The translations under genes were made by a program, and so were the position numbers. A DNA stretch of 64,000 nt, from NCBI GenBank assembly GCA_001938485.1, contig MQRK01254642.1, positions 1-64,000 on the forward strand, given 5' to 3'. Shown piece by piece: positions 1 to 13,517 of this stretch; the first letter of the stretch is position 1, and each line of letters begins with the position of its first letter. A model generated the notes under the pieces. It had not been told where the DNA came from, did no database searches, and worked only from the letters and a program-made list of their open reading frames with translations. The DNA comes from Girardia tigrina. Taxonomy: Eukaryota.

Positions 1-659
1 GGATGATTATTTCGATCATAGAAAGAACTGACGTTTATTGACTAGAAATATCTTTAAATTTCATACATTTGTTCTAACTTTATTGATTTAATAAAACAAA
101 TTTATATCTTTGCAAATTACAGTTAATTGTTTTTTTTACATTAGCAATTATTGGGCAACGAAAATTCAATGTTTTTCGGTAATGTTTTTTTTGATCATTC
201 AAAAATTTTCATTTTTTTTAATGTGCATCTGAAATTTTCAGTTTTACAAATTTCAGGGGTCGCAAATCCAATTAAGAAATTTTTTAAAAATTAAAAATCA
301 AAAAATTAAATTACATATCACTTAAAAAAACTCTTAATTGGTTGCTACGGCTGATGCGATTTAGTGAACACTACACCTCCTATCCCAGTTTCAAAATTTT
401 ATTTTTCGTCGCTTTCGCTCTTTGATTTTTTCACTCAGTTTCAACAAATGTCCATTGTAGCGCTGTACCGTGATTGTTTCTCCGGGTTTAAGTAACTCAT
501 AACAGAGGACTCCCTTCATGTCCCACTATATGCAGAGCAACAATTTCTTGCTATGAAGATTAGGTTTTGGCGTTGAAGTTGAAGGTTGACCTTTAAATGA
601 GAAAAACAAATCAAATATCAGTTACATTTAATACATTTATTACAGTACAAAAAATTCTT

Positions 660-915
660 CTTAAAATTCATCTCTTATTATTCCTTTAACTGCTAATTTG
701 CGCGTATGTTGAAAATAATTTTATATAGTTTTCAGATATAAAATCTGTGCTTTGCTTGGTTGAACCCATGAACTCCTACATATTTGTACTTTTGCCATTG
801 TTAATTTAATCTTTCATTTGGAGAAAACCTCTTCAATCGGGTTTAACTGTGGGCTGTATGGTAAAAAGAGATGATCTCATGACCACAGTTTGCAACCGCA
901 TCCTTTATTTCCGGT
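660..915 (-). mobile_element. Tc1/IS630-like transposase C-terminal remnant
   Basis: Minus strand reads PYSPQLNPIEEVFSK*K, the DDE_3 catalytic-E motif; frameshifted. Confidence 0.75.
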
Positions 916-1879
916 CATTTATATGTTGGATTTTATATTAGTATTTTAATTTTATTAATTTTTTCTACTGTGAGTTTTCTCATTTGACCCAAGATATTAT
1001 TTGGAAATGTCTCTCCACTAAGTGTCTCTAACTTACACTTATTAGAAATCCATATCGTACCCAATCAACCCCATCTGGCCCTTTGATCTCGCCAGTGAAA
1101 TTGATGAAGTACCTATTGAGTTCTCCATAATATTATAGTTAAATATATTAAGTATATGAAAGTTTGCTCATGCTACTTCTATTTAATTAATGATAATCTT
1201 ATTTTTTTCTCAAGATGATTTTTTATTTGATTATTATATTTCTAATCATGATTTTATCACTTTCATAACAGAGCCTAAAGCTAAAAGAACATGAACAAAT
1301 TGTAGACATTGTTTTATTAAAATATAAGAAAACAAAAGAAAATGTTAATCAAAAGCAATTACCCATCGTCCCCAGTCATCAAAATCTGATAGATTGATAA
1401 ACTCTTCATCTTTAACCGTTGTGATAGAGCAGAACTGGAGACGATCACGATTCTCCTTCTGAATCTCAAGTTTTGACTTGAGGTCCAGTCATCTTATTGT
1501 TCTTTAGTCTCTTGGAAATTATTTGTTGGGGAAAACGACCAATTTTTATTAAAAGTATCAAAATCAGGGACGCTGTTTGACTGGTTGTAAAAAACGCAAA
1601 CTACATAATAAAATTTATCATATAAAATATTGATCGGGATTTGCTAACCAATTAAACTTGGAAATCTTCCCCTTTTATATTAAGGCAATATTATATAATA
1701 TGCCCCGCGGTCAGTTGATGCTATTGAAATTGACCTTGTAATTGCACATTCCGGTGATGTCATGACATATGAAATCACCGGAATTTAAACTCTAGTGATG
1801 TCATGAGATTTGACATCATTGAAGTTCAATATTACTGAATGTGGTGAAGAATGACATCACCACACTGGTGTTATCTCTG

Positions 1880-2402
1880 ATTACAATCTTTCCATCTTGG
1901 CCTATCACTCTTGACAATCCCTCTAGGCCTGTCGAAACATATGAGCTTTTCGCTTCCTCTGCTCACGCCGCTTCTGGAATCTGCTGAGCACCCCAGATGA
2001 AGATGATACCATATCCTCTTTCATAATTGATCCATAAATGTGTGGGTTCGTCACCAGAGGTTTTTTTCCGCATATGACCCAATCTTGTTTGCTGTATCTA
2101 GAATTAACTCCGGTTGCTCTTCTGAGACTTTTTCAATCACCTTCTTGTAGTAGCTAGACATATTTTACTGTATTCTAATCTCTGTGGCCTCGTTTTGTAA
2201 AGACTTTGTTTTGTCCTAGCAAATTTTTATCTACAACCGGTTTATGAACCGATAGAGGGACTGAATGTTTTCTGTATTCCTCAAATTCGGTTGTCCTCCT
2301 TGTCAATTCGTCATTCAGCTTTACACATTATCCTTTCCATTTCTGCAACTCCAGAAGCAGTTATCTTTGTTGCTCTTCGCTTTCATTAATTTTTCTATCC
2401 AT
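1880..2402 (-). pseudogene. Decayed ORF of unknown origin (coiled-coil-like start)
   Basis: MDRKINESEEQQR*LLLELQKWKG*CVKLNDELTRRTTEFEEYRK...; coding-like composition with several stops. Confidence 0.3.
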
Positions 2403-3191
2403 GCTGAAGAATGACGATGATGGGATTACAATTGAAAGAAAAAAAAACTACACAAAAAATAATTGATGGAGGCTGAGAGAAAGGAAATCTCTTCTAGATA
2501 TGAAACTTGGCAAGGACTTCCTCAAACTTCCAGATAGTCAATAGTCTCGGCAGGAATTATAAACCCCTACCATTATCTATCGACAAATCGGCAGTCTTGA
2601 GAATGTTCCCCAACCTCCATCAACTGCAAAAAAAAGAAATAAAATCTAAAAATTACCTAGGTTCAAAACAATATTTAAAATAAAATTTATTCAATGAAAA
2701 AAAGTATGATCAAGTGCACAAATTCAGATGAATTTATACAGTTTTTCTTTACACAAAATTTCACAAAGCCCATAACCGGATAATTGTCATAATCAACCTT
2801 CAATCATCCATTACTAAGTCAATAGTCCTCAGATATAAACAACCCGGAGACGGCCACAATTCCGATTAAACCCATGTCAACATATCAGTATATCATATTC
2901 TCACAAGAAAATATTCAAATCGACAGGATCCAAAGGTCAAAATCAATTAAAAGTTTCTTTTATTAATTAATTAAAATTATAAATTATAATCTTTTATTTT
3001 TCGTTTCTTAGGTTCGGGGAGTTTTTTCTTTGCTCGCCTCGGTGCCGGTGTAATGAATAGGCCCGAGGCCAAGTTGAAGGAAAAACTCACTTGTCTCAAG
3101 ATATGAATACTACAGTTATCCATGATGACTTTAAAATTATCCTAGGATTAAATTATTTGCACATCGGATTAAATTAAGTGAAAAATCCTGT

Positions 3192-3387
3192 TGTGGTGCT
3201 CTGGTCAAACGACCAAAATAAAAAACAATTTTAAAAATTAATTAATTAATTTAATTAATTAAAATTAGTTAATTTGGCCGGTAACGCGGTACGGGAAGCC
3301 GCGGTCGATTAATTCCTCTCTCTGGCATTTTCCCGCACAATTGAGAGGTGCTGGCCACCACCACTCGGTCCGGCAGCCGGCACCTCA
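3192..3387 (+). mobile_element. Solo LTR family A, internally deleted
   Basis: TGTGGTGCT...GCACCTCA; TSD CCTGT/CTTGT; both ends shared with 16639-17128. Confidence 0.7.
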
Positions 3388-4405
3388 CTTGTATAAGCAG
3401 TGAGAAACCATAGTCCGATTCAAATGAAATTTATTTTCCATAACTAGTAAGTTTAAACAGACATCATTTCTCTTAAACATTTATATTTATTAAATTTTCT
3501 TTATTTTTGAAAGCATTTCTCTTTAACCTAACAAAATTGTTTTTTACAAAAATGTGACATTACATTCATTAATTTTCAATATGAAATACAAAGCGGTTCT
3601 CTAAATCATATTTAAATGAACAGGAAATCCCAATGCAACAAACTCGTTTGTCTTAGAAATGGAGTTAAGAATGGGAAATTATATGTTAAAAAACCGAAGT
3701 AAATAGTTAGAAAAATCTTTTTTTTCAAAAAAAATCGAAGGCAAAGCAGTTGAGTTGTGAGATGTGAGAGTGAAAATCAATTGATCAAGAGACTCATTTT
3801 ATCAGATTGAATTATCATTTGTGTGAAGAGACATCAAATGGGTTTCTTTCAAGGGGGAAAGGAATTGAGGAAATTAAATCAGTCGTGAATGTCAGTTTAT
3901 CAATCTTGTTTCTGGTAGAAATTCGTCAGAGTTAATCACGTTAATAAAAATACGATGATTATTGCTGTCAGATATGATAAAACACGTTAAACTTGAAACT
4001 TTGCTCTTCTTTTTATCCACATTTTTATTCTTTTTTCATTTCGCTTGAATAAAAACGACAGATTTAATTTGTCCTATTCATCCATTCAGAGAACTCTTTG
4101 GTCGAATTTTTCTGATTTCTGGCGGAATATTTTTAATAAATTTAAAATTGAAAATAAATTATTTATTTATTTTTATAAAAGATTTATTCAGGTATATAAA
4201 AATTTTTGAAAAATATACACGGAGGTAGAACATACTTTACTCCGGCTGAGTATACGGAAATAGTTACGAAAAATAAAAATTTTAAATGAAGATAATATTT
4301 CATTAGTTTTAAAAACATTATTATGAATTTCAACATTTTTATTAATATCACAATTCAAATTTTCAAAATTTAGATCATCAGTTGACGTCAAACTAAATTG
4401 ATAAT

Positions 4406-4896
4406 TGTGGTGCTCTTGAAAATTTTAAAAAACAATTTTTTTAACGGAACTAATAAAATAATAAAATGTTTAGCAAGTTCAAATTGTATGTTATGGAGAA
4501 ATAAATATGTGATAATTCGATATTATATTTTGTCAATTTGAAATTTTAAAGGATGGTAATTTGAACCGCACTGTGCGACAGTGACCTCAATCGATCAGAT
4601 CACATGTGCCATCGCCTTACACAATTTGGCAACGCGTGGCGGATCCCCACAACCTCACCGACCACGCACGATGAACCATCCACCTTTTCGGGTGACATCG
4701 GCATTCACAGAGACGATAAAGCGATCCGGGAAGCAGCGTCGATTTGAACGAGATACCGCTACTAAGCAGTACTCCGGTCGGGTCCAATCAAATTCTGCTC
4801 GGCACTAGACCGGCTAATTCGTCCCGCCGAGTAAATATTTCCCGCACATTGAAGAGGTTTTGGACTCCACAGCTCGATCCCGAAACCAGCACTTCA
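4406..4896 (+). mobile_element. Solo LTR family A
   Basis: TGTGGTGCT...GCACTTCA; TSD ATAAT/GTAAT; shares TTTCCCGCACA..GAGG motif with 3192-3387. Confidence 0.7.
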
Positions 4897-5231
4897 GTAA
4901 TAATTTAGAATAATCGTTTAAAAAACTACGCAAACAAAGATTTCCATTTGACAGAATTAAATGAACTTTTATGATTTTATTTTAAAACTTCTAATTGATA
5001 GATTTAATAATTTCATCTTCAATTTTTACTTAGAAATTGTTATAAAGATTTTTATTCAAAAAAAACTTTCATTCAATCGGTTTTAAAAATTTAGATCAAA
5101 TTTTTTTTTACTTTAACAAAATTAATAATTCCTTTTTAATAGTTGAAATTTTTAAAAATCTTACGTTGTAATTAAATATAAATCATTTTCGAACAATTAA
5201 TCATCGCGAACATTCAAAATACCAATTTTCC

Positions 5232-5530
5232 GGTTCTAGGTTAAAACATCACATGACAAAATATCACTAGAACAAGATATCACAATTGCGAAGAATTACA
5301 AATGAAATTATTGCAATATATTTGAAACATTTAAAATCTAAATGCTGATTGTGAGGAAGTTTTGGATTGTGTCTCTCCTACCCAGATGGTTGATGAATAT
5401 TTAAATTCTTATTATCTGAAACTAATTTAATTAAATATAGATTCTATACGTTTCAGTAACCTAACCCTAAAATTATTTGTGATATTTTGTCCTAGTGATA
5501 TTTTGTCGTGTGATGTTTTTTCCGGTCACC
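5232..5530. mobile_element. Mutator-like MITE containing a fragment of LTR family B
   Basis: ~55-bp imperfect terminal inverted repeats (TIRs) built of GACAAAATATCAC units; 9-bp TSD CAATTTTCC/CAATTTTCA; interior from 5350 is TGTGAGGAA...CCTACCCAGATGG. Confidence 0.65.
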
Positions 5531-5655
5531 CAATTTTCAATATGGGAGGAAGGAACATATTTCCAAATATTCCTCCCTATTTGAAATCTCTATATTGAAA
5601 TTGTCTATTTACGAAATTTGATATTAATCAGTATGGAATATAAATTTCCATATTT

Positions 5656-6307
5656 TGTAAGGTTCCGAGTGATAAGTTTTATATTAGGGGTATTTATAAG
5701 TATAAATTAAATGAAAATTTACTAACAGATTAATAATAATTATATAAAAATAAAAAATAATGGTCAGTTCAATGAATAAAAAGAGTTATCTGCAGTATCC
5801 CTTGCTCGATTTGTTGGGAAAGGGACTCAAATTAGAATAAGAAACATTGGTATCGTTTAGCTGCGGAGCAAACGTTTGAGGCGACAACTTTCGGTCAATG
5901 TACGTATGAATTATTTCCGTTTTCATTTCCACAGAGAACTCTTTGCTCTTTCTATTCACATAGTTTGTTTCGAAAATTGATGTTTCGTCGATTTATTTGA
6001 AATGGGTAGAGAAGGACTACGTTGGAAATAATTTTATTAAATTGACGAAATATTAATTATCGAAATTTAATCATTTTTTTCAAAATGTTTGATTCAATAT
6101 TATTAATAAATATTATAATAAATTATTGTAAAATTATAACTATTTGAATTTATTTTATTCATGCCTACAAATTTCATACTTTACAACCTCATACAAATCT
6201 ATATACAAAGGATAAAAAGAAAACGACCCGTTTCGAGATAAAAGTCTCATAATAAGGCCACTCTACTCTATGTATTAAATTAACACATTTTTCAGGACTT
6301 TACTACA
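5656..6307. mobile_element. Possible solo LTR
   Basis: TGTAAG...ACTACA flanked by TATTT on both sides; the TSD is low-complexity and could be chance. Confidence 0.35.
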
Positions 6308-6396
6308 TATTTATTATATAAGGATTTGCAGAGACGTGTAGAAAATTTACCCAAAAAGATAACACTTCATCAAGGTTCTCAAAACACAGCAAAAAG

Positions 6397-6421
6397 TATA
6401 TATATATATATATATATATAT
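6397..6421. repeat. (TA)n microsatellite
   Basis: About 12 TA units. Confidence 0.95.
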
Positions 6422-6759
6422 TAGACAAGGAAATTCTTTAAAAATCAATACACAGATATTTTTTTTATTTTTGAATAATAAAGAATAAATAAACACTTAA
6501 TAAAAATTAATTGAAATTTTCTGAACAAAAATAAATATTTGCAATTTTATTTATTAATTATTATAAAAGTAGACAAACTGTGCAAGAGACAAAATTAATA
6601 TGACGGATTTTACGGTGACACTTATTAGTTTGTCATAATCAAAAGAACAAATATTACATCACCGTCATCATGACCATAATTCAGACTCTGATTATCAATA
6701 CAATGACGAAATATGCGTTCAGACAGATCAAAGTGAAACCCTATGTCTTACAGTTACAA

Positions 6760-6990
6760 CATCAAATCAGCATTTATTATTAATAAAAATGTCTAGTTCA
6801 TACTCCTTAGTTACTATCTTACCTGCACATCCTAACGGCATATTATTATATTATCCACTTATAAAAAATTTCTTTGCCAACGAAGCAGATGTTGTAAAGG
6901 TTGAAGTTCAAAGGCTGGTTTAGGAAAGCCATGCTGTTAGGAAGTGCTAATTCATCATCGGACAAATGTATAAGGAAGACATCTCTACCG
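6760..6990 (-). mobile_element. Possible PIF/Harbinger transposase remnant
   Basis: LPYTFV-DDELAL...KEIF...LGCAGKIV loosely resembles LPYVFVGDEAF...IFNYRLSRARRIVE; heavily decayed. Confidence 0.3.
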
Positions 6991-7721
6991 AACGATCTAA
7001 GTGCTACTAGATGTAAATGTTAAGTAACAATACATAATGCACATAATTTAACATTTCAAAATAATTTAATCGACTTAAATGTGATAATTTCCTTTTTTAA
7101 TGTAATATTAAAATAATTCTCCCCGGGGTAAGCTAAATCAGGGTCCCAGACAATGGTTTCCTCCTCAAATTGTATGTTTCCTAACGGAATGCTTTATCAA
7201 ATACTTACATGGTAAAGGTCAGTTTTTATGTCATTTACTTTGAAAAAGGTCTTCGGAACTCGGAATATTATAATAATCTATAATTTTAGAAGATGATATA
7301 TGGAATATAAAAAGTTATTAATAAAATTCTAAAAATAAAATCAAAACTAAAAATGATTTACTTTTTTTAAATTTATTGATCCTACTTATGTTCAGATTGC
7401 TTTTTGCTACAATTAAAAATCATACCCCTCAGATGCTTTATATTATTTCGTCTATCATGGTCACAAGCTGCAGAATGAATTCTTTGTAAGATGTATGATG
7501 TTTCTTGTCGTGACTGATTATCCCGAATTTGGCTGTCAGCGATCATACTCATGTATATATTCTGAGAACTTTTATTAATTGATATATTTTGAGATTACAT
7601 CTTAGTGAGAATCAATTATGACTTTTTTCAATGTAATTATTTAAACATAGATACTAAACATTAGATAGTCGGTATTGATTCCATATTTTCATTTCAAAAA
7701 TAAAAGATCGATATTTACTTG

Positions 7722-8159
7722 TGTGAGAAATATTTTAGATATTTGATATTTTGTGTGTGAATGTTGTATGTTGATTTGGAATTGTGTCTCTCCTACCCAG
7801 ATAGATGATTAATATTGTAATTCTTATTGTTTGAAAATATGTAATGCTTAAATTTATTTCTCATTTAAAATAATTGTAAAATTTAAAATAAGTTTATTAA
7901 TTTTATCTACAATTTTTAATAAATAAATTGAATTAATATTTTTTAAATAATTTATAAACATTTTAATTTTTATCCAATAAATTTTGAGTAAATATTTTAA
8001 CAAATTATTTATTTCTCTATTTACTCAGATAATAAGATTAAAGTCAGGAATTAATAGACTGATGCAAACTTACGAAAGCTATAACAAAGATGGTCCTAAG
8101 TACGAAAAAACCAGTTGTAATAATAAAAAATGTTAAAAGTCATATTGGTGTTCTTAATA
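7722..8159 (+). mobile_element. Solo LTR-like family B (TG...TA ends)
   Basis: TGTGAGAAA...GTTCTTAATA; perfect TSD ACTTG; internal CTCCTACCCAGAT motif. Confidence 0.75.
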
Positions 8160-9039
8160 ACTTGTATGCGACTATTGAAAGTACTTCAAGTTGAAATTCG
8201 TGACTACCAAGAGGAAAATAGATGCAAACAAAATTATTCTAATCCGTATTACATAATTTGTATTTGTTTCAGAAGGTTCCTTTAGACCCTTAGTTTGAAC
8301 ACATTTATAAATATTCTACTTGTTTGGTTTTGAAGTAATTTAATTTGGTATTATATATTTTAAATAAGTGTAAATCTATGTTCGCATTCCTTTTGTTAAT
8401 CACTAACATACCATTTTGGTACGAACCCAATCAGAAACAATTTTCTGGTGTTGGTGAATGGATCATACCATACCAAGTTAAGCTCATCTGTCTTTTCAAT
8501 ACTTCCAGTGAACGAAACCAAATACCTTCCGATTTCCTCGTTATAATTGTTATTCTATATATCTGAACATAACTCTGTCTAAGGGGTTTAATAAATCACA
8601 ATGCAAAAATGTAATGTTTTTTTTTATATTTTGTGTTTTAAATGATTGTGATTTGGATCATTTCTAACCCTGGTGGTATAATACCGTTGAAATTAATTAA
8701 TTTTTAATTAACTTTTAATTAAAAAATATTCAGCTCAAAAAATATGAATAAAACTCTGAAGAGGGCTTATTAATTTATCAATTAATAGAATAAAAAATAG
8801 ACAAAAACTGAAGGAACTGTAAACGGAGAATGATAGAGGTTTTTACTATCAGATTTACCTTTTCCCAACAATATTAAATATGTTAAATGGTGTATCGTCT
8901 CCTCTTCAATGCCAGATCTTCCACCGTCTCGACTGGTACTATGATTTTATGGTTTAAATTTGCAAATAAATGCTTTCCAACAAAATCGACTTTTCAATCT
9001 TGTTTCCATTATTTTGATGTTTTGATTTTGTTTGTAGCC

Positions 9040-10770
9040 ATACGGGATTATTTCAACGAAAATAATATCAGCATGGAAAATCTTAGGGCAATAGATTCAG
9101 ATGGCACAAAAGTTAAAACAGAATTCAACAATGGTGTTATCAGATTATTAGAATCGCATCTGAGGATACCGTTATAGAGGCTGATATGTCTTTTCCAGCT
9201 CAATGAGCTGCCTCTAAGACACCTTCTATTACAACTTGATGGATGTGCTGCTGGTCCGAACGCTTTCAACCGGGAAATAGTAAAGAAACTGCTTAATAGT
9301 CATGATATGAATATTTTTAATTTCGAGGTAAGGGAAAATTGCCTGCCATGTCAAATCCAACCTGATGTTCGGAAAGAATTGAGTAAAGATCAAGAGTACC
9401 TTTACAAAATATGCGAGATAATAAAGTTTGGCTCTGTTTCTTCCACTCTTGAAAAGAGAGAGCAAGATAAATTGGTAAATTCACGATGGCTCACTGCTGC
9501 AAACAGAATTCTGCGACTTTATATCTCAACTGCGTCACAATCAGAGGAGCTTCTTGAATTAACAGATTATAATCTTCTCGTTTATGCGCCGATGTGCTTT
9601 CGTATGGAGCCTACTTAAATTCTCCCATTTTCTTCCTGATGATAGTCGTCATGTTGTGGATACATGCATAAAAGGAAATACTTATTTTATTCACCCAAAA
9701 AACATCATTTTAGCCATGCTAGTTGACGAAGAAAAAGAAGTAAGATAAGTGGCACTAAGAGGAATCAAAGAAGAAAGACAAGGTATAAAGACTTGTCATG
9801 GTGTAAGAAGATTTCGCATTCCCTCTATAAACTTTCAAGGTGAGAGCTACTGTGATCTGGTGAATTTGGATAATTTTGAACGAAGAGAGCTTCCATTGCT
9901 AGCTGTGAGGGGGCGAGTGTGAGGCTGAAGTTTGCACGCGCACGAACGCCTGGAACCACGCTGTTTCTGCTGGGAAGACAGATGAGCAAGACTGGCTCCG
10001 GTAAAAATTAAATTACCATATTTGGATGGTGCGTCATCAATCAGAATCGGGCCGCCATCTAGCCCACATGCGAAGCAGCTTGAATTGCCGCGGTCAATAA
10101 CCGCAGTGCCGCGAGCCGAGCAGTGATACGCTGGATTGAGCTCGATACGTCGGTAAAACGCACAGAATCTCTCGTTCGCTCCGATGTCGCGAGAAGCAAT
10201 TTTGAGATTGTTCGTCGCCGCTAATTCATCCGAATGCGCGTGTTCATCAGAGTTTAAATAAAACTCCAATTTCTCAACCGGTGACGGTTGAGAAATAACC
10301 GCTTTGAAATAATTCGGGAACATGAGTGAGTTAGATTCAGTCATTCGTAACATATCAAAAAAATATATATTTATTTAATTCAAATAAACAAAATTGTCCG
10401 ACATTTTTTTTAATTAATAATTTTTATTTATTCTCGCTCCACATCACCGCCAGCCATTCTCATTTTCGATCAGTCTTTTACATTTTTTTATCGTTTTTGT
10501 TATTAAAAAATTTATTTTCGATTATTTTTTAATTCACTACACTAGCCAAAATTAGTGATGAAGATAGGGTGAAGATTAGTGAATTAGGGTGAAGTTGATG
10601 TAGCCTTAAACAAATCTCAGAAGTTCGAATTTCCGAATATTCCGTGTCACTCACAAACTGTTGAACGTCATGTCAAACTGGTAACGGAAGCCAAAAGTGC
10701 TATACATGATCCTATGCGAAGAGATGGCTATATCCGAGCTAGACTTTTTTCTGGAAAAGCTATTCCTATT
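9040..10770 (+). mobile_element. hATm-type transposase pseudogene, split by a solo LTR
   Basis: AIDSDGTKVKTEFNNGVIRLLE, NELPLRHL..LDG..GP, LSKDQEYL, SRWLTAANRILRLY, PCHSQTVERHVKLVTEA, RDGYIRARL. Removing 9904-10541 and one TSD copy restores PLLAKISDED. Confidence 0.8.
9904..10541 (-). mobile_element. Solo LTR inserted in hATm transposase
   Basis: TGTGAG...ACTACA with perfect 5-bp TSD CTAGC; orientation inferred from the AT-rich/GC-rich halves by analogy with family A. Confidence 0.85.
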
Positions 10771-11610
10771 CTCTAAAAAATACGTTAATTTAATATAATA
10801 ATTCTTAATTAATAGTATCTTCATACGTTTAAAATTGAATGGATTCGATTGAAGATCTAATGGTACACATATCAATCATTAGGCGCAAAATGGTTAAACT
10901 AACGCTCAAGAGTCTCAATCGATTGTAAATGTTTCAAACTATTGACGAGATACCTCTCACCCTTTAACACCTGAGTATTTCGGGTTCGAAAGTCAAACTC
11001 AGAAATAAGACCCCGTATATTAGATTTAGTGTCCAGTGAAAAGATTTTAAATACATGCTTCAATAATAATTATGATTATAAATTTTAAAGAAACGTTCAT
11101 TGAGTAGTAACTATATGAAGGAAATGATTCTCACTGCGGTATGTTTCATAAGTAATCTAATAAACTTTCAGTTGTGAAGTGCTCATATTTTGATGTAAAT
11201 TACTTGTCCAACTAAAATAATAACAGAAGTAATTAAATAATAATAAAAAACAAGATAGAAAAATATTAACAATAATTTTAAAATATATATATATACGTTA
11301 CAATTAAAAATAGTTAATGAACAGATGGTGTGAAGAAATTAAGGATCACACAGATAAGAAAGAGCAACGGATGAAGGATAATGAACTTCTTGTGTGAATT
11401 CTTTGGTCAGGTTAGAATCGGCTAGCAATTGGCACGGAGCAAATTGTGGTTGAATCCGGATCGGAACGTAACTTTCGAGTAATAGAGTGGAGTTTCAAAT
11501 AATATTCTACGGTAGCAACTGTAACGCTTGGATATAAAAGCAAATGAATTTTGTTTTATGATTATTTGAGAGACAAAAAAAGAAATTTGTCTCTCTAGTG
11601 GAATAATCGT

Positions 11611-12012
11611 TGTAGCACGGGCAGTCTTTCGGTCTCAGTCGTTGGCCTGTCCTTTGAAAGTCGGCGGGTTCTCACGATCTCACCCAGACAGTAGAGGCAT
11701 GCCGGTTCGCTCGTTGTTTTTGGCAAGTTTTAGAAAGTGTACTAACTCGAAGGATTAAAATTAGATGATGTGACCAAATGTCGACCGAAACGAAAACAAC
11801 TTTTGAGTCGGCGATAAAGTGCCATTTATTTTCGGAAGGAATAACAAACATCTTTGTTTTATAACATTTATGATTTTTTTAAAATTTACACCTTTTACTG
11901 TAAAACTTTTTATGCGTTTAAACAAGCGTCTTTATTTGCAATTTTTATTAATTATTATCACACAATTGTTTAAAGTTTATTTTATTTCTGTTTCAATTAT
12001 TAAAGCACCACA
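11611..12012 (-). mobile_element. Solo LTR, family A-related
   Basis: TGTAGCAC...AGCACCACA with perfect TSD ATCGT. Confidence 0.8.
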
Positions 12013-12147
12013 ATCGTAGTTATGAATTTTGAATTAGGAATTGTTTGATCAATATCAACTTTAAATCGATATTGCCATACGAGATTTAATTTATGATTTA
12101 TAATTTAATAATAAGATATATTATATTCTGTATATATATATATATAT

Positions 12148-12469
12148 TAGGGTGGTGCTTATTTTTCGATTTTTGATTTTTTCACGGGACACCTCTTCAT
12201 TTGGTGACATTTGTTACAAAAACTATTCCCTGCAATTTTTATCATAATTGGTTAATGTTTAGGGGTCGCTACCAGCTTCGCAACATATCCTGAAATGTCT
12301 TTGTTTTTTATATNNNNNNNNNNNNNNNNNNNNNNNNNNNNNNNNNNNNNNNNNNNNNNNNNNGTGAAATTTTCACAGTTTCATTTTTATAGACAAAGAA
12401 ACAAAATGAGAAGGTGTCCCGATAAAAATTCAAAAAAAAATTTTTTTCTTCATTATAAGCACCACCCTA
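12148..12469. mobile_element. MITE with TIR TAGGGTGGTGCTTAT (hATm-like) in a (TA)n site
   Basis: Perfect 15-bp TIR plus subterminal GGGACACCT/AGGTGTCCC; flanks ATATATAT fit either an 8-bp or a TA TSD; spans an N gap. Confidence 0.75.
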
Positions 12470-13517
12470 ATATATATACATAGGTAAGTTTTCCTTTTTT
12501 CTTTTCCCCTCTTCAGGAGACGCCCACTTTAAGTATGACCTTCCTTTAGAAACTGAAATGGAGAGAACTTACCTCTATTATAAATAAAAAATATATGATG
12601 TTTTTTATAGATAAAAAAATTAAGTAGTTTGCTTTTGAAGTGAGTGTTACACGTAGTAACTTTCAGGGATAGAAATATCTACAGTTGGTTTTTGAGCAAC
12701 AAGTTTAAGAAAAGATATCATATATTGTAACGATTAGAAAAACACGTGTACATCGGTAATCAATTATTTGACGTTGTCGTTAACAAAGATTCTAAATTGA
12801 CGTTTTCCTAGAGGAAGGCGCCCCTGAAATAAACAACTATTTTAGGTTTTGCTTTTTTATGCTTTTAAAGATTGGATAATCAGCGACTGCCTATTGTAAG
12901 CATGGATTGGTTATAATATCTGTTCTATTAGTGACCTTTTGTCACAACTCTAGGTTTATTCAGCTGTAGGAAATACAAAAGGGTTGGGGAACACATTTAG
13001 ATTTCATGCGAACACTATAACCTATAACTTTGAGAAGATAATCAATTCCTGATATCTAGAATTATGATTGTTAATCCATGCATGAACGAGAATACCATAA
13101 TATAACTGATTAATGTAAAAAAAACAATGGAATCAATCTAACAATTAATGTCAAATTAACTTTCCGGTAAACTAAATGAAGTAACTGACGACAATTAACA
13201 ACCATTCCCTATTGTCGTTGAACATTCTGTCAATAATATTTCATTCTTCTTTTTCACATCCCCTGTATAAAGTTTTATTATTTTATCAGTTTTATTATTT
13301 CCATCAGTTTTTCTTTCAATTTTCCTATGTAAAATGAATAGCAAAAAAATGAACATTTAGAACAAGACATTAATTAAAAGACAATAAATTTTAAAAACAT
13401 GGATCTAGGCAGGGCCAACATCTAATTAACGAATTCTTTAATAAGTTCAGAAGACAAAAAAAATTAGACAAAAGTTCTCAAATAAACCTAACAAAAATAT
13501 TATCAAGAGATCAGAGT

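Noticed and set aside
9847-10353. 168-aa minus-strand ORF
   Set aside because: Lies almost wholly in the GC-rich half of a TSD-flanked solo LTR, runs across its boundary and has no recognisable motif.
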